A DNA stretch of 32,000 nucleotides from the NCBI RefSeq assembly GCF_000981785.2, contig NZ_CP011304.1:4170001-4202000 (forward strand), in the 5' to 3' direction. This DNA is from Microcystis aeruginosa NIES-2549 (GTDB taxonomy: Bacteria; Cyanobacteriota; Cyanobacteriia; Cyanobacteriales; Microcystaceae). The translations under genes and the position numbers were made by a program. The notes beneath the pieces are model-generated. The model did no database searches, had not been told where the DNA came from, and was given only the letters and a program-made list of their open reading frames with translations. Shown piece after piece: positions 24,098-32,000 of the stretch. The first letter of the stretch is position 1, and each line of letters starts with the position of its first letter.

Positions 24098-24170
24098 TCT
24101 CCTCCTGTCTCCTATCTCCTGTCTCCTGACTCCTCACTAACCACGACAATTTTTGATTTTTGCAGGAGAT
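24098..24170. repeat. Composite intergenic element: a CT-rich heptamer tract plus a 23-nt box that abuts a TAG stop
   Basis: tctcctc ctgtctc ctatctc ctgtctc ctgactc (period 7) is followed by aatttttgatttttgcaggagat (24148-24170), directly next to the ABC transporter stop. A sister element lies at 30004-30072. Confidence 0.65.
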
Positions 24171-26186
24171 CTATCGAGTCGAGGAATACTCGTAGTCTTC
24201 GATAATATGGAGAAGTCGCATGGCTGAACTACAGGATTCTTCTAAAATTTCCTGTTTCTCCTGAGAATCTTCGATTAAATCTTCAGATACTAGACGCAGA
24301 GAACCTAAAAGACTATTAAGACTACTTCTCGCTTCGTAGGATAAATAAGCTTTTCTTTTTTGCTCATCTTCCCTATTCTTAGAGTCAGCCTCTTTGCTAT
24401 CACTAAATTGCAGAGCGTGTAAACGGGCATAATGACCACCTTGAGCCAATAATTCCTCATGATTGCCGATTTCTGCCACTTTTCCCTTGTCCAGCACCAC
24501 AATTTGATAGGCTTTTTGAACAGTGGAAAGACGGTGAGCGATCACAAGAGTAGTGCGCTCGCGACAGAGTTCATCGATCGCTTCCTGTACTAAACGCTCA
24601 GAAATTGTATCCAAAGCACTGGTAGCTTCATCGAGAATGAGAATATCTGGATCTCGCAGCAAGGCACGAGCGATCGCTAATCTTTGTTTTTGTCCCCCCG
24701 AAAGTCTCACTCCCCGATCGCCAATTTCCGTATCCAGTCCTTCCGGCAGTTTGGAGATAAACTCGTAGGCATTCGCCCTTTTTGTCGCTGCTACAATTTC
24801 TGCATCACTAACATCGGTTAATCCGTAGGCAATATTAAAACGGAGAGAATTATTAAAGAGAAAAGTATCTTGACTGACTATTCCCAAGGCTTTTCTCAGA
24901 GATTTGATCTCATAATCCCTTAAATCTTGACCGTCAAAAAGAATCCTCCCAGCTGTAGGATCATAAAAGCGTGGTAATAAATCAGCAATTGTCGATTTTC
25001 CCGCCCCCGAAGCACCAACAAGAGCGATCATTTTTCCTTTTGGAATCCAAAGATCGATGCCCTTGAGAACTAATTCTTGATGACCCGGATAAGAAAATTG
25101 GACGTTATCAAAATGAATGCCTGTCTCTAATCTTTGATAGGGAATAGAGCCATTGCTCATAAATGGTTTATTCTCTCGAATGAGAAAATCCGCTACTATT
25201 TCTACTGCGGAAACATCACCCAATAGACTACTCCTAGCACCGTTAATCTGACCAACTATCGGCAGGGCCCGGAAAAGTACATAGAGATAGGTTAATAAAA
25301 TTGTCGCCAAGGCTTGCAGTTGTTCATTAAAAAGATAACGACCAGCAATGATAATTAAAGCAATAATAATTACCCCACCGATCTCATTGAGCGGAGCGAT
25401 TACAGCATTATTAGTCTGGGCATCTAAACCCGCTTTCTCCCGGGCTTCTATATCTTCCACAATAGATTCTAATTCGTATCTTTCATTTCCTACTGCTTTA
25501 ATTAGACGAATTCCCGTTAATAGTTCCAACAGTTTATTAGTTTGATGTTTAGCCGTTACGGTGATAATCTCTCCAAACTTTTTCGCTCTCTTGACAAAGT
25601 ATTGATTAAGCAGACCTAAAAAGCCCCCCAAAACACTAGAAAGAATAGTTAATTGCCAAGAAATTGATAATAAAATAGCCAAGTACATGAAAGCTGTGGC
25701 GATAATCTTAATCAGGTTTATGTAATTTCTAATTGATGCTACAGCCCGATTAATCTCCGACATGAAACGATTAAAAATATCTCCTATTTTACTTTTTACA
25801 TAATAATCTATATCCACTTCTAGCAGCAGAACAACTGAATCAATTCGCATATCTTTTGCCATAATTAAAGACAAGTAAGTCCCTAAAAAATTACTGACAA
25901 AATTGGTAATGTGCTTGAGAATTAAAATCAATAATATCGCCGCAAACATCCAGAAAAAACGAGTATCGACCGAGAAAAACTCGAAAACTGAGAGCAGCTT
26001 TTTGATAATTTGGGGGGCATTTTTTAAGATATCATTTTCGGGATTAATAAAAGAAATTAGCAAAGGGATAACTAAAATAGCTCCTACCCCATTAAATACG
26101 GTACTGGCAAAGCCGATAACAATACTGGAAACTACTAATATCCAGTGTTTAAGCGTATATTTAAGCAGAATTTGATTAGGATTCAT
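24171..26186 (-). CDS. ABC exporter, fused permease/ATPase (MsbA/type I exporter-like) with a C-terminal ~90-aa extension
   Basis: 671 aa. A six-helix TMD is followed by Walker A GASGAGKST, signature LSGGQKQR, Walker B ILILDEATSALD and H-loop VIAHRLST. The extra tail is described in the findings. Confidence 0.9.
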   Translation of the reverse strand: MNPNQILLKYTLKHWILVVSSIVIGFASTVFNGVGAILVIPLLISFINPENDILKNAPQIIKKLLSVFEFFSVDTRFFWMFAAILLILILKHITNFVSNFLGTYLSLIMAKDMRIDSVVLLLEVDIDYYVKSKIGDIFNRFMSEINRAVASIRNYINLIKIIATAFMYLAILLSISWQLTILSSVLGGFLGLLNQYFVKRAKKFGEIITVTAKHQTNKLLELLTGIRLIKAVGNERYELESIVEDIEAREKAGLDAQTNNAVIAPLNEIGGVIIIALIIIAGRYLFNEQLQALATILLTYLYVLFRALPIVGQINGARSSLLGDVSAVEIVADFLIRENKPFMSNGSIPYQRLETGIHFDNVQFSYPGHQELVLKGIDLWIPKGKMIALVGASGAGKSTIADLLPRFYDPTAGRILFDGQDLRDYEIKSLRKALGIVSQDTFLFNNSLRFNIAYGLTDVSDAEIVAATKRANAYEFISKLPEGLDTEIGDRGVRLSGGQKQRLAIARALLRDPDILILDEATSALDTISERLVQEAIDELCRERTTLVIAHRLSTVQKAYQIVVLDKGKVAEIGNHEELLAQGGHYARLHALQFSDSKEADSKNREDEQKRKAYLSYEARSSLNSLLGSLRLVSEDLIEDSQEKQEILEESCSSAMRLLHIIEDYEYSSTR

Positions 26187-26240
26187 CGCTATAAGTGATA
26201 AAGTAAATAGTCAACGGTCAATTATTCTACTCGCTAGACT

Positions 26241-27413
26241 CTAATATTTCCCTTCCAGAGAAGTAATTATGCCAGAGAGAGTTGTCGCCATGGCGGTGGT
26301 ACTGTAGGAGGCGATACAGCGCTCTCTCGCTTTTAGTCCTCGTGCATTAGCCGAGTCGAGATCTTTAAAAACTTCGCTAATCATAGCAGCTAGTTGCTCT
26401 GGCGATCGAGGTTCGACTAAATAGCCAATATCAGCTAAAATTTCGGGAATATCTGCCACTTTAGTGGAAATAATCGGTTTAGCCATCGCCATACCATCGG
26501 TGAGTTTAATCGGAAATTGGGCGTTAGCCGTGGCTTCATCCCTCTGGGGAACGATAATAGCATGGGCAGCGGCGATAACTTCCGGCATTCGATCGATCGG
26601 TTGAGCAGGTAAATGAATTAACCAAGGTTGACCTTTTTCTAGCAAACTATCCAGATAGCCATCCCCGATTTGGCGACCTCCCACCACCACCAATTTAAAA
26701 TCAGGATCAGCAATTTGATCTAAAGCGATTAAGACATCTTCTAAACCTTTGTGGGGTCTAGCTGTACCAGGAAACATTAAGACTTTATAGGCAGATAAAC
26801 CGTATTTTTGACGACAAGCGACAGGATCGTAGAGATTGGGATCGAAAAGTTGCGTATCCTTGCCATTCGGTAAATAAATCCCCCCATAACGCTTTTGCAA
26901 AAATTGATTATTAACCGTCACCGCATCGGCGCGGTTAATTAAATTTTCCAGCCAACGCAGATAAAGAGGGTGATTCGGATCCCTAAGCGCACCATTTTTT
27001 TTGAGGATATCCCTAGCTAATTGTCGAGGATGAGGACGATAGGACCATCGATCCCCACCAAACCAACTCATTTCCCAATCGTCAATATCGAGAATTAGGG
27101 GACGTGGGGAAAAAAAACGTTTCAGTAAACCGATGCCGAAACTGGTGGGACGGGGTTTAACCGCGTAGATAATCTCTCCGGAGATGCGATCGAGTAAAGT
27201 TTTGATCTGGCCAAAAAACTGGGGATAATTATTGCTTTTGACCGATACCACCGGTAAATTCTGCGGTGGGGTGGGATAGATTTCCTGGCCAAAAATCGGA
27301 CCATAAACCGTCACCTGACAGTTTAGCTGTTGCAAGACTTGAGCAATCAAATAGACTCTTGTGCCACCACCACCGGATAAATCTGGTGCTAAAACAGAGA
27401 TTTTTTTGTTCAC
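26241..27413 (-). CDS. Glycosyltransferase, GT-B fold (family 4-like)
   Basis: 390 aa. The N-terminus ISVLAPDLSGGGGTRV is typical of GT4. The C-terminal half has the retaining-GT pattern (PQRDEATANAQFPIKLTDGMAMAKPIIST). Confidence 0.75.
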   Translation of the reverse strand: MNKKISVLAPDLSGGGGTRVYLIAQVLQQLNCQVTVYGPIFGQEIYPTPPQNLPVVSVKSNNYPQFFGQIKTLLDRISGEIIYAVKPRPTSFGIGLLKRFFSPRPLILDIDDWEMSWFGGDRWSYRPHPRQLARDILKKNGALRDPNHPLYLRWLENLINRADAVTVNNQFLQKRYGGIYLPNGKDTQLFDPNLYDPVACRQKYGLSAYKVLMFPGTARPHKGLEDVLIALDQIADPDFKLVVVGGRQIGDGYLDSLLEKGQPWLIHLPAQPIDRMPEVIAAAHAIIVPQRDEATANAQFPIKLTDGMAMAKPIISTKVADIPEILADIGYLVEPRSPEQLAAMISEVFKDLDSANARGLKARERCIASYSTTAMATTLSGIITSLEGKY

Positions 27414-27520
27414 GATTGCCGATCAATCCAGATCATTTAGCACGATAGGAGAATGTTAATCAATGTTAACGTTTTTGTCAATCTTAGGCGAACTTAACAT
27501 TAATGCCCCCCGGAGATCGA

Positions 27521-28915
27521 CTAGACAAAGAAAATTAACATATACATTGCCGAGACGACTAACTGAGTAAACATCACCGGTAAACCGTAGCGCAGGAAGG
27601 TGTGAAAAGTAATTTTGCCCCCGTGTTGTTCGGCGATGCCGGCGGCGACAATATTAGAAGAAGCTCCCACTAAAGTACCATTACCTCCTAGGGTGGCCCC
27701 ATACATCATCGCATAGAAAAGCGGTAAAACTTCTGGAGGAAAAGAACCGGCATAATCGGGGGAAAGAACTTCGGTCCCGACTAAATTAACATTAACAAGG
27801 TACTGTTTCAGTAGTGGAACCATGGCCACCACTAGGGGAATATTGGGAACGACACTGGAAACAAGTCCGACAAAAAACAGCAAGACTAGAGAACCTAAAA
27901 AGATATTTTGGCCTAAAATTATCGCCAGAAGTCCCGATACACTATTAACTACCCCAGTTTTTTCTAAGCCACCAATTAGGACGAAAATCGACATAAAAAA
28001 TAATAGGGTACTCCAGTCCACATCCCGGAGAATATTATGCACCGTATCGATTTTCGATTGCTGGGCTAAAAGTAGGGCTAAAGCTGCCCCCATCAGAGCA
28101 ACGGCAGCAGGAGCAAGGGGTACAGGAAAAGATTCGCCGACCACGAATAAAAATAAGACCAAAAAGACGATAATTCCTCCCACGGCTAAGACGCGAGGAT
28201 GATCAATCTTCGGATGGGGTAAGTCTTCTAAATGCTCGAATTTTGTCCGCCAGATTTTCGGGAATAACCAAGGTAACATAACCAGAATGGTAATTACTGC
28301 CAAGGCACCACCTAAACTCAAACGCTGTAGGTATTCCATGAAGGTGATATTAATAGAATCACCGACGATATAAGTAGCGGGATCACCAACAATCGTTAAT
28401 AACCCGGAACTGTTGGCCACGAAAACCATCAGGATTAAGAGCGGCACAAAATCCACGCCTATATCTTGAGCTAAGGGGGGAATCAGCGGGGCTAATAACA
28501 TCACCGTGGTAGCGTTGGGTAATACCGCACAGATTGGGGTAGTAATGGCGACAATTCCTATTAGTAATAATTTCCCCTGTCCCTTGGCTAAAAGCACCAT
28601 TTGTGCCGCTAAATAATCAAAAATTTTCGTTGGTTCAAAGGCTCTTACTAACACCATCACCCCAAAAAATAGGGCAAGAGTGGCATAACTGCGACTGATA
28701 TAACCCACCGCCTCCTGGAGAGTCATGATATGGGTAAAAACTAATATTAAAGCTCCCAGTAAAGCCGCTACGGTAATATGAAGCCACTCGAACATAATCA
28801 CCACAATGACTGCAATAAAAGTCATCGCAGCAATCCACATTGGTAAAGATTCCAGCATTTTTGATCCTGTTTTTACTCTCGGTTTCTCAATAGGACTAAA
28901 AGTTTGCCCGAACAA
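27521..28915 (-). CDS. ArsB/NhaD-superfamily (CitMHS/SLC13-like) anion permease
   Basis: A polytopic membrane protein with roughly 10-12 hydrophobic helices, Gly/Pro-rich re-entrant-like segments (GDPATYIVG, GGNGTLVGASSNIV) and an internal two-fold pattern. An alternative start is at MLESLPMW (28858). Confidence 0.65.
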   Translation of the reverse strand: MFGQTFSPIEKPRVKTGSKMLESLPMWIAAMTFIAVIVVIMFEWLHITVAALLGALILVFTHIMTLQEAVGYISRSYATLALFFGVMVLVRAFEPTKIFDYLAAQMVLLAKGQGKLLLIGIVAITTPICAVLPNATTVMLLAPLIPPLAQDIGVDFVPLLILMVFVANSSGLLTIVGDPATYIVGDSINITFMEYLQRLSLGGALAVITILVMLPWLFPKIWRTKFEHLEDLPHPKIDHPRVLAVGGIIVFLVLFLFVVGESFPVPLAPAAVALMGAALALLLAQQSKIDTVHNILRDVDWSTLLFFMSIFVLIGGLEKTGVVNSVSGLLAIILGQNIFLGSLVLLFFVGLVSSVVPNIPLVVAMVPLLKQYLVNVNLVGTEVLSPDYAGSFPPEVLPLFYAMMYGATLGGNGTLVGASSNIVAAGIAEQHGGKITFHTFLRYGLPVMFTQLVVSAMYMLIFFV

Positions 28916-29408
28916 TGTACAGCAAACTCATAGAAAATATGGTTATCTACGGAAAATCTTAAAATTGTTGTGATCGGTAAGCTGACATGAGAATCCCCAT
29001 AAACAATGTCTCCTGTAAGTTATGACTATCAAGTAGTACCAGCGACATAACTGAACCGATCAAGACATTGCTAGGAATGTAGTGATGTTTCAGTCTTCCC
29101 CCCCACGCCGACGAAGTTAGCTGACGGGCTAGGATAGAGAGATATCCTTTTCTAGGCTAAAAAATCTAGAAATACGCCCCAAATATGGTTCCTCCGCTCC
29201 GAATTTGTCTAGCTAATATCTAGCATAGAAACTTGGATTAGGCTGACTTACTCTATTTAGTGATCCACAATAACATATTAACCCCAAAAAAACTATATAG
29301 CCCTATACTAGACCTATCCTGTCGGTTATCCCCCGGGTTGCTAGGATAGAACAGTGATAAGCTAATAGCTAACGACTGACCGCCATAGCAGCTACAACAG
29401 AAATTTCG

Positions 29409-29987
29409 ATGAATAGAAGACCTCGTTATACTCCTCCTCGATCGCGTGATCGTGATTATGACCGCTCCTATGGCGATGACTCCCGCGCTTCGGCCCCCGG
29501 AGGCCTATTGGCAAAATTAAACTATGCCATGATCGCCCTGATTGGTGGTATTTTTGTACTAGGAGTAGGCCTCGGTCTGGTATTCAGTTCTACTGCTAAT
29601 TTTAGCCCCGAAAACGTCGCTTCCCGGGAAGTAATCGATCGCAGCGCCCCCAATGCGGAATTATGCGTGCAATTCGGGGCCAGCGCCATTGTCACCGATT
29701 TGCGGGTTTATGTCACTCTTAACCCCTTTAATGTTTTTGTCACCCAACCGGTTATGCAACCCGGTTGCGTTTTGCGACGCAATAACTGGTCAATTTTAGA
29801 ACAGCAAAAATTAGTCGATGGACAGCAGGTACAAAGCTGTAAAAACCGGATGAATACTTTTGGTTATACCGGTCCCTTGGAAGGCAAACCGAAAATTGAT
29901 TGTATCTTCCAAAATGAAGCCGGGGGCAATCTTTTTGTTAATCCCGCCGGCGCTGTTGGTCCCAGACCAGATACAGATAAATTCTAA
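29409..29987 (+). CDS. Conserved cyanobacterial membrane-anchored protein (DUF3172-like; family name unverified)
   Basis: 192 aa. It has an Arg/Asp-rich N-terminus, one TM (MIALIGGIFVLGVGLGLVF) and a conserved-looking Cys-containing domain (NPFNVFVTQPVMQPGCVLRRNNW). Confidence 0.6.
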   Translation: MNRRPRYTPPRSRDRDYDRSYGDDSRASAPGGLLAKLNYAMIALIGGIFVLGVGLGLVFSSTANFSPENVASREVIDRSAPNAELCVQFGASAIVTDLRVYVTLNPFNVFVTQPVMQPGCVLRRNNWSILEQQKLVDGQQVQSCKNRMNTFGYTGPLEGKPKIDCIFQNEAGGNLFVNPAGAVGPRPDTDKF

Positions 29988-30003
29988 ACCGGAAAAGCTC
30001 TTT

Positions 30004-30072
30004 CTCCTGACTCCTGACTACTGACTACTGACTCCTAATCAACTGGAATAATTTTTGATTTTTACAAGAGGT
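30004..30072. repeat. Composite intergenic element: a heptamer tract plus a 23-nt box that abuts a TAG stop (sister of 24098-24170)
   Basis: ctcctga ctcctga ctactga ctactga ctcctaa is followed by aatttttgatttttacaagaggt (30050-30072), directly next to the SbtB-like stop codon. Confidence 0.65.
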
Positions 30073-30414
30073 CTAATGACTTAGCCATTGGGCTGTAGTC
30101 ACCACAAAAATTCCGCCGGCTTTTTTTAAAAAAGGCTGAATTTTATCGATTAGACGACCGAGTTGTTCGTCACTATTACAAACCGTCATAATGTAGCTAC
30201 CACTGTAATCACAATCCAAGTCATCACAGGATAAACCTCGATCACCTTTTCCCGAAGTACTGCCAAAGACGGTATAACCGGAAACTCCAACAACATCAAG
30301 AACGCTTAAGGTTTCTTCCAGAAGAGCATGACTAACAATTATATCTACTTTTTTGACAGTTTGTAGGGAAGGATGCGGGGATTCAAGCATGGTAGTTAAA
30401 TAAAAAAGGGACAA
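30073..30414 (-). CDS. PII-superfamily signalling protein, SbtB-like
   Basis: It aligns by eye with SbtB/PII: VKKVDIIV (beta1), LDVVGVSGYTVFGSTSGKGDRG (beta2 and T-loop base), GGIFVVT (beta4). It lies directly downstream of the SbtA-family permease gene. The likely start is MLESPH (30390). Confidence 0.7.
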   Translation of the reverse strand: MSLFYLTTMLESPHPSLQTVKKVDIIVSHALLEETLSVLDVVGVSGYTVFGSTSGKGDRGLSCDDLDCDYSGSYIMTVCNSDEQLGRLIDKIQPFLKKAGGIFVVTTAQWLSH

Positions 30415-30463
30415 GTGAAAGAGAAAACTTTTGACAGGAATTATTTAAAAACCGCCGGGCCTT

Positions 30464-31444
30464 TTAGACTCCGCAGCCAATAATTTTGATCATCTCTAGG
30501 TAAAGAGGAATACCGATGATGATATTGAAAGGAAAAGTTAAAGCCAAGGCCATAGAAACATATAAACTAGGATTCGCTTCGGGAACAGTCATTCTCATGG
30601 CCGCAGGAACAGCAATATACGAGGCACTGGCACACAAAACAGCGAATAATAAAGCATTGCCCTGTTCAAATCCGAGAACCTTAGCGATGACAATGCCCAC
30701 CATAGCATTGATGACGGGAATAAATACCGAGAAACCGATGAGAAAAGGACCAGTTTTGCCTAATTCGCGAATTCTTTTCGCCGCCACTAATCCCATATCC
30801 AGGAGAAAGAAAGTTAAAGCACCATAAAAAATCTCTTGGGTGAAAGGTTCTAATTTTTCCCAGCCTTTTTCCCCCGTCAGCATACCAATAATAACACTAC
30901 CGACTAAGAGAAATACCGAGCCATTTAAAAAGGCTTCATGTAGAACCTTTGACCAAGAAAACGCTTCTTCTTGGCCATTTTTCTCTTGAAAGACTCGCAC
31001 CAGGATTAAACCCACTACAATCGCCGGCGATTCCATTAAAGCTAAGGCCGCTACCATGTGACCGCCATAGGAAATATGAATTTTTTCTAAAAAAGAACTG
31101 GCGGTGATGAAAGTAACGGCACTAATGGAACCATAGGCAGCGGCGATGGCCGCTGCATTGGCACTATCGAGTTTAATTTTCAGGATAAAGAAAGTGTAAA
31201 TGGGAACGATACAAGCCATAACCACAGAGGCAATCAAAGTTAAAGCGATTTGGTTATTGATGCCACTTTCCGCTAGTTCATAACCTCCCTTGAAACCAAT
31301 CGCCATCAAAAGATAGAGAGAAAAGAGTTTAGGCAGTGGTTGGGGAATCTCTAGGTCGGATTTAAAAAATACTGCCAGCATTCCCAAGAAAAAGAACAAA
31401 ACCGGCGGATTGAGAATGTTGAACAGGATTAAGCTGCCATCCAT
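30464..31444 (-). CDS. SbtA-family (DUF897) sodium-dependent bicarbonate transporter-like permease, short form
   Basis: 326 aa. It resembles Synechocystis SbtA in LEKIHISYGGHMVAALALMESPAIV (versus LEESKISYEAWAGALYPFMDIPALV) and ASASYIAVPAAMRMTVPEANPSLYV (versus ASSSDISGPPTLRAGIPSANPSAYI). It lacks the long central cytoplasmic loop. Confidence 0.75.
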   Translation of the reverse strand: MDGSLILFNILNPPVLFFFLGMLAVFFKSDLEIPQPLPKLFSLYLLMAIGFKGGYELAESGINNQIALTLIASVVMACIVPIYTFFILKIKLDSANAAAIAAAYGSISAVTFITASSFLEKIHISYGGHMVAALALMESPAIVVGLILVRVFQEKNGQEEAFSWSKVLHEAFLNGSVFLLVGSVIIGMLTGEKGWEKLEPFTQEIFYGALTFFLLDMGLVAAKRIRELGKTGPFLIGFSVFIPVINAMVGIVIAKVLGFEQGNALLFAVLCASASYIAVPAAMRMTVPEANPSLYVSMALALTFPFNIIIGIPLYLEMIKIIGCGV

Positions 31445-31569
31445 AGGTTTGTGTACATTGAGTTATTCCAATCTATACTATTCGATTTTGAGAATACTGG
31501 GAAAATGTTAAGAACCCGATTAAAACGCTTAACGATGGCCGCCCAAAAAAATTAAGATGGACGATGTTT

Positions 31570-31590
31570 CAGTGATCGGTGATCAGTTAT
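31570..31590. repeat. STRR-like heptamer tract
   Basis: cagtgat cggtgat cagttat, the same heptamer family as at 4466-4500. Confidence 0.5.
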
Positions 31591-32000
31591 CTTGAAACCG
31601 TCAGCTTTTCTCCCCTCTCCCCCTCTACAATAATTACTCGCAGCCAGGAATCACTTGGGTTATTATCATACTTTGTGCTTTTTGTCAAAAAAACTTTTTT
31701 TTTGCAATAAAACTACACAAAAAAAAGATCATCGTTGTGGGTGAAATTGACTGATTTAACCGTCTTAATTAGGATCACCTTCTAGGTGTGGCAAGGGTTT
31801 CAACCCTTGCTGCCCAAAAAAGCACAAAATAGCCCATTATGAAATTCTATCAAATGGCTGTAACCGTGATAACATCGTTGTTAAATAAAAATCTTTCTCA
31901 ATTAATTTTTAAGAATTTGTAAATATTGCGGAATGTTAATTTAAATATTCTCAAGTTTTTGCGGTAAATAAATAATTTTTACTTATCTTTGTCGAACATT

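Noticed and set aside
28916-29408. A long (~490 bp) intergenic region upstream of the DUF3172-like gene, as a possible ncRNA or tRNA locus
   Set aside because: I could not find a cloverleaf, a conserved riboswitch-like core or a convincing structured element by eye. It is left unannotated.
31672-31828. A 12-bp inverted repeat (tttgtgcttttt / aaaaagcacaaa) about 135 bp apart upstream of the SbtA-like gene, as possible MITE ends
   Set aside because: It is AT-rich and low-complexity, so a 12-bp match is weak. There are no target-site duplications or second copies in the window.

Overview
This is a cyanobacterial chromosomal window. The evidence is five exact HIP1 GCGATCGC sites, STRR-like heptamer tracts, and the genes SbtA/SbtB, an Aas-type acyl synthetase, Uma2 and YlqD-like. 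The repeat flavour looks Microcystis-like, but that cannot be proven from the sequence alone. Almost all genes lie on the minus strand.

Ordinary genes:
- Left flank: an exported hypothetical protein, a YlqD-like protein and an acyl-ACP/CoA synthetase.
- Middle: a GntR regulator, PlsC-type acyltransferase and prfC.
- Right flank: an ABC exporter, a GT4 glycosyltransferase, an ArsB/NhaD-type permease, a DUF3172-like protein and an SbtB-like/SbtA-like pair.

The standout is an accessory locus at about 4.7-16.4 kb that looks AT-rich and has no HIP1 site. Read on the minus strand it encodes:
- a vWA-TM-(FHA-like) protein;
- a 1047-aa tubulin/FtsZ-like GTPase;
- a MotA/ExbB-type channel protein with a long coiled-coil tail (ZorA-like architecture);
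- a 13-codon remnant of a MotB-like gene fused to a truncated, opposite-strand Uma2 nuclease gene;
- a duplicated copy of the tubulin 3' end, the spacer and the channel-gene 5' end;
- a 1236-aa single-TM coiled-coil protein built from 8 near-identical 303/429-nt tandem units;
- an intact MotB/OmpA-like gene, which converges on an intact Uma2 gene.

I read this as a candidate uncharacterised membrane machine, possibly a defence system, that carries two alternative cassettes for its third gene.

A restriction-modification cluster at 20.4-24.0 kb has two intact methyltransferases (a beta-class amino-MTase and a C5-MTase). Its endonuclease appears to be split by a single in-frame TAA. I found no rRNA, tRNA, CRISPR array or transposase.
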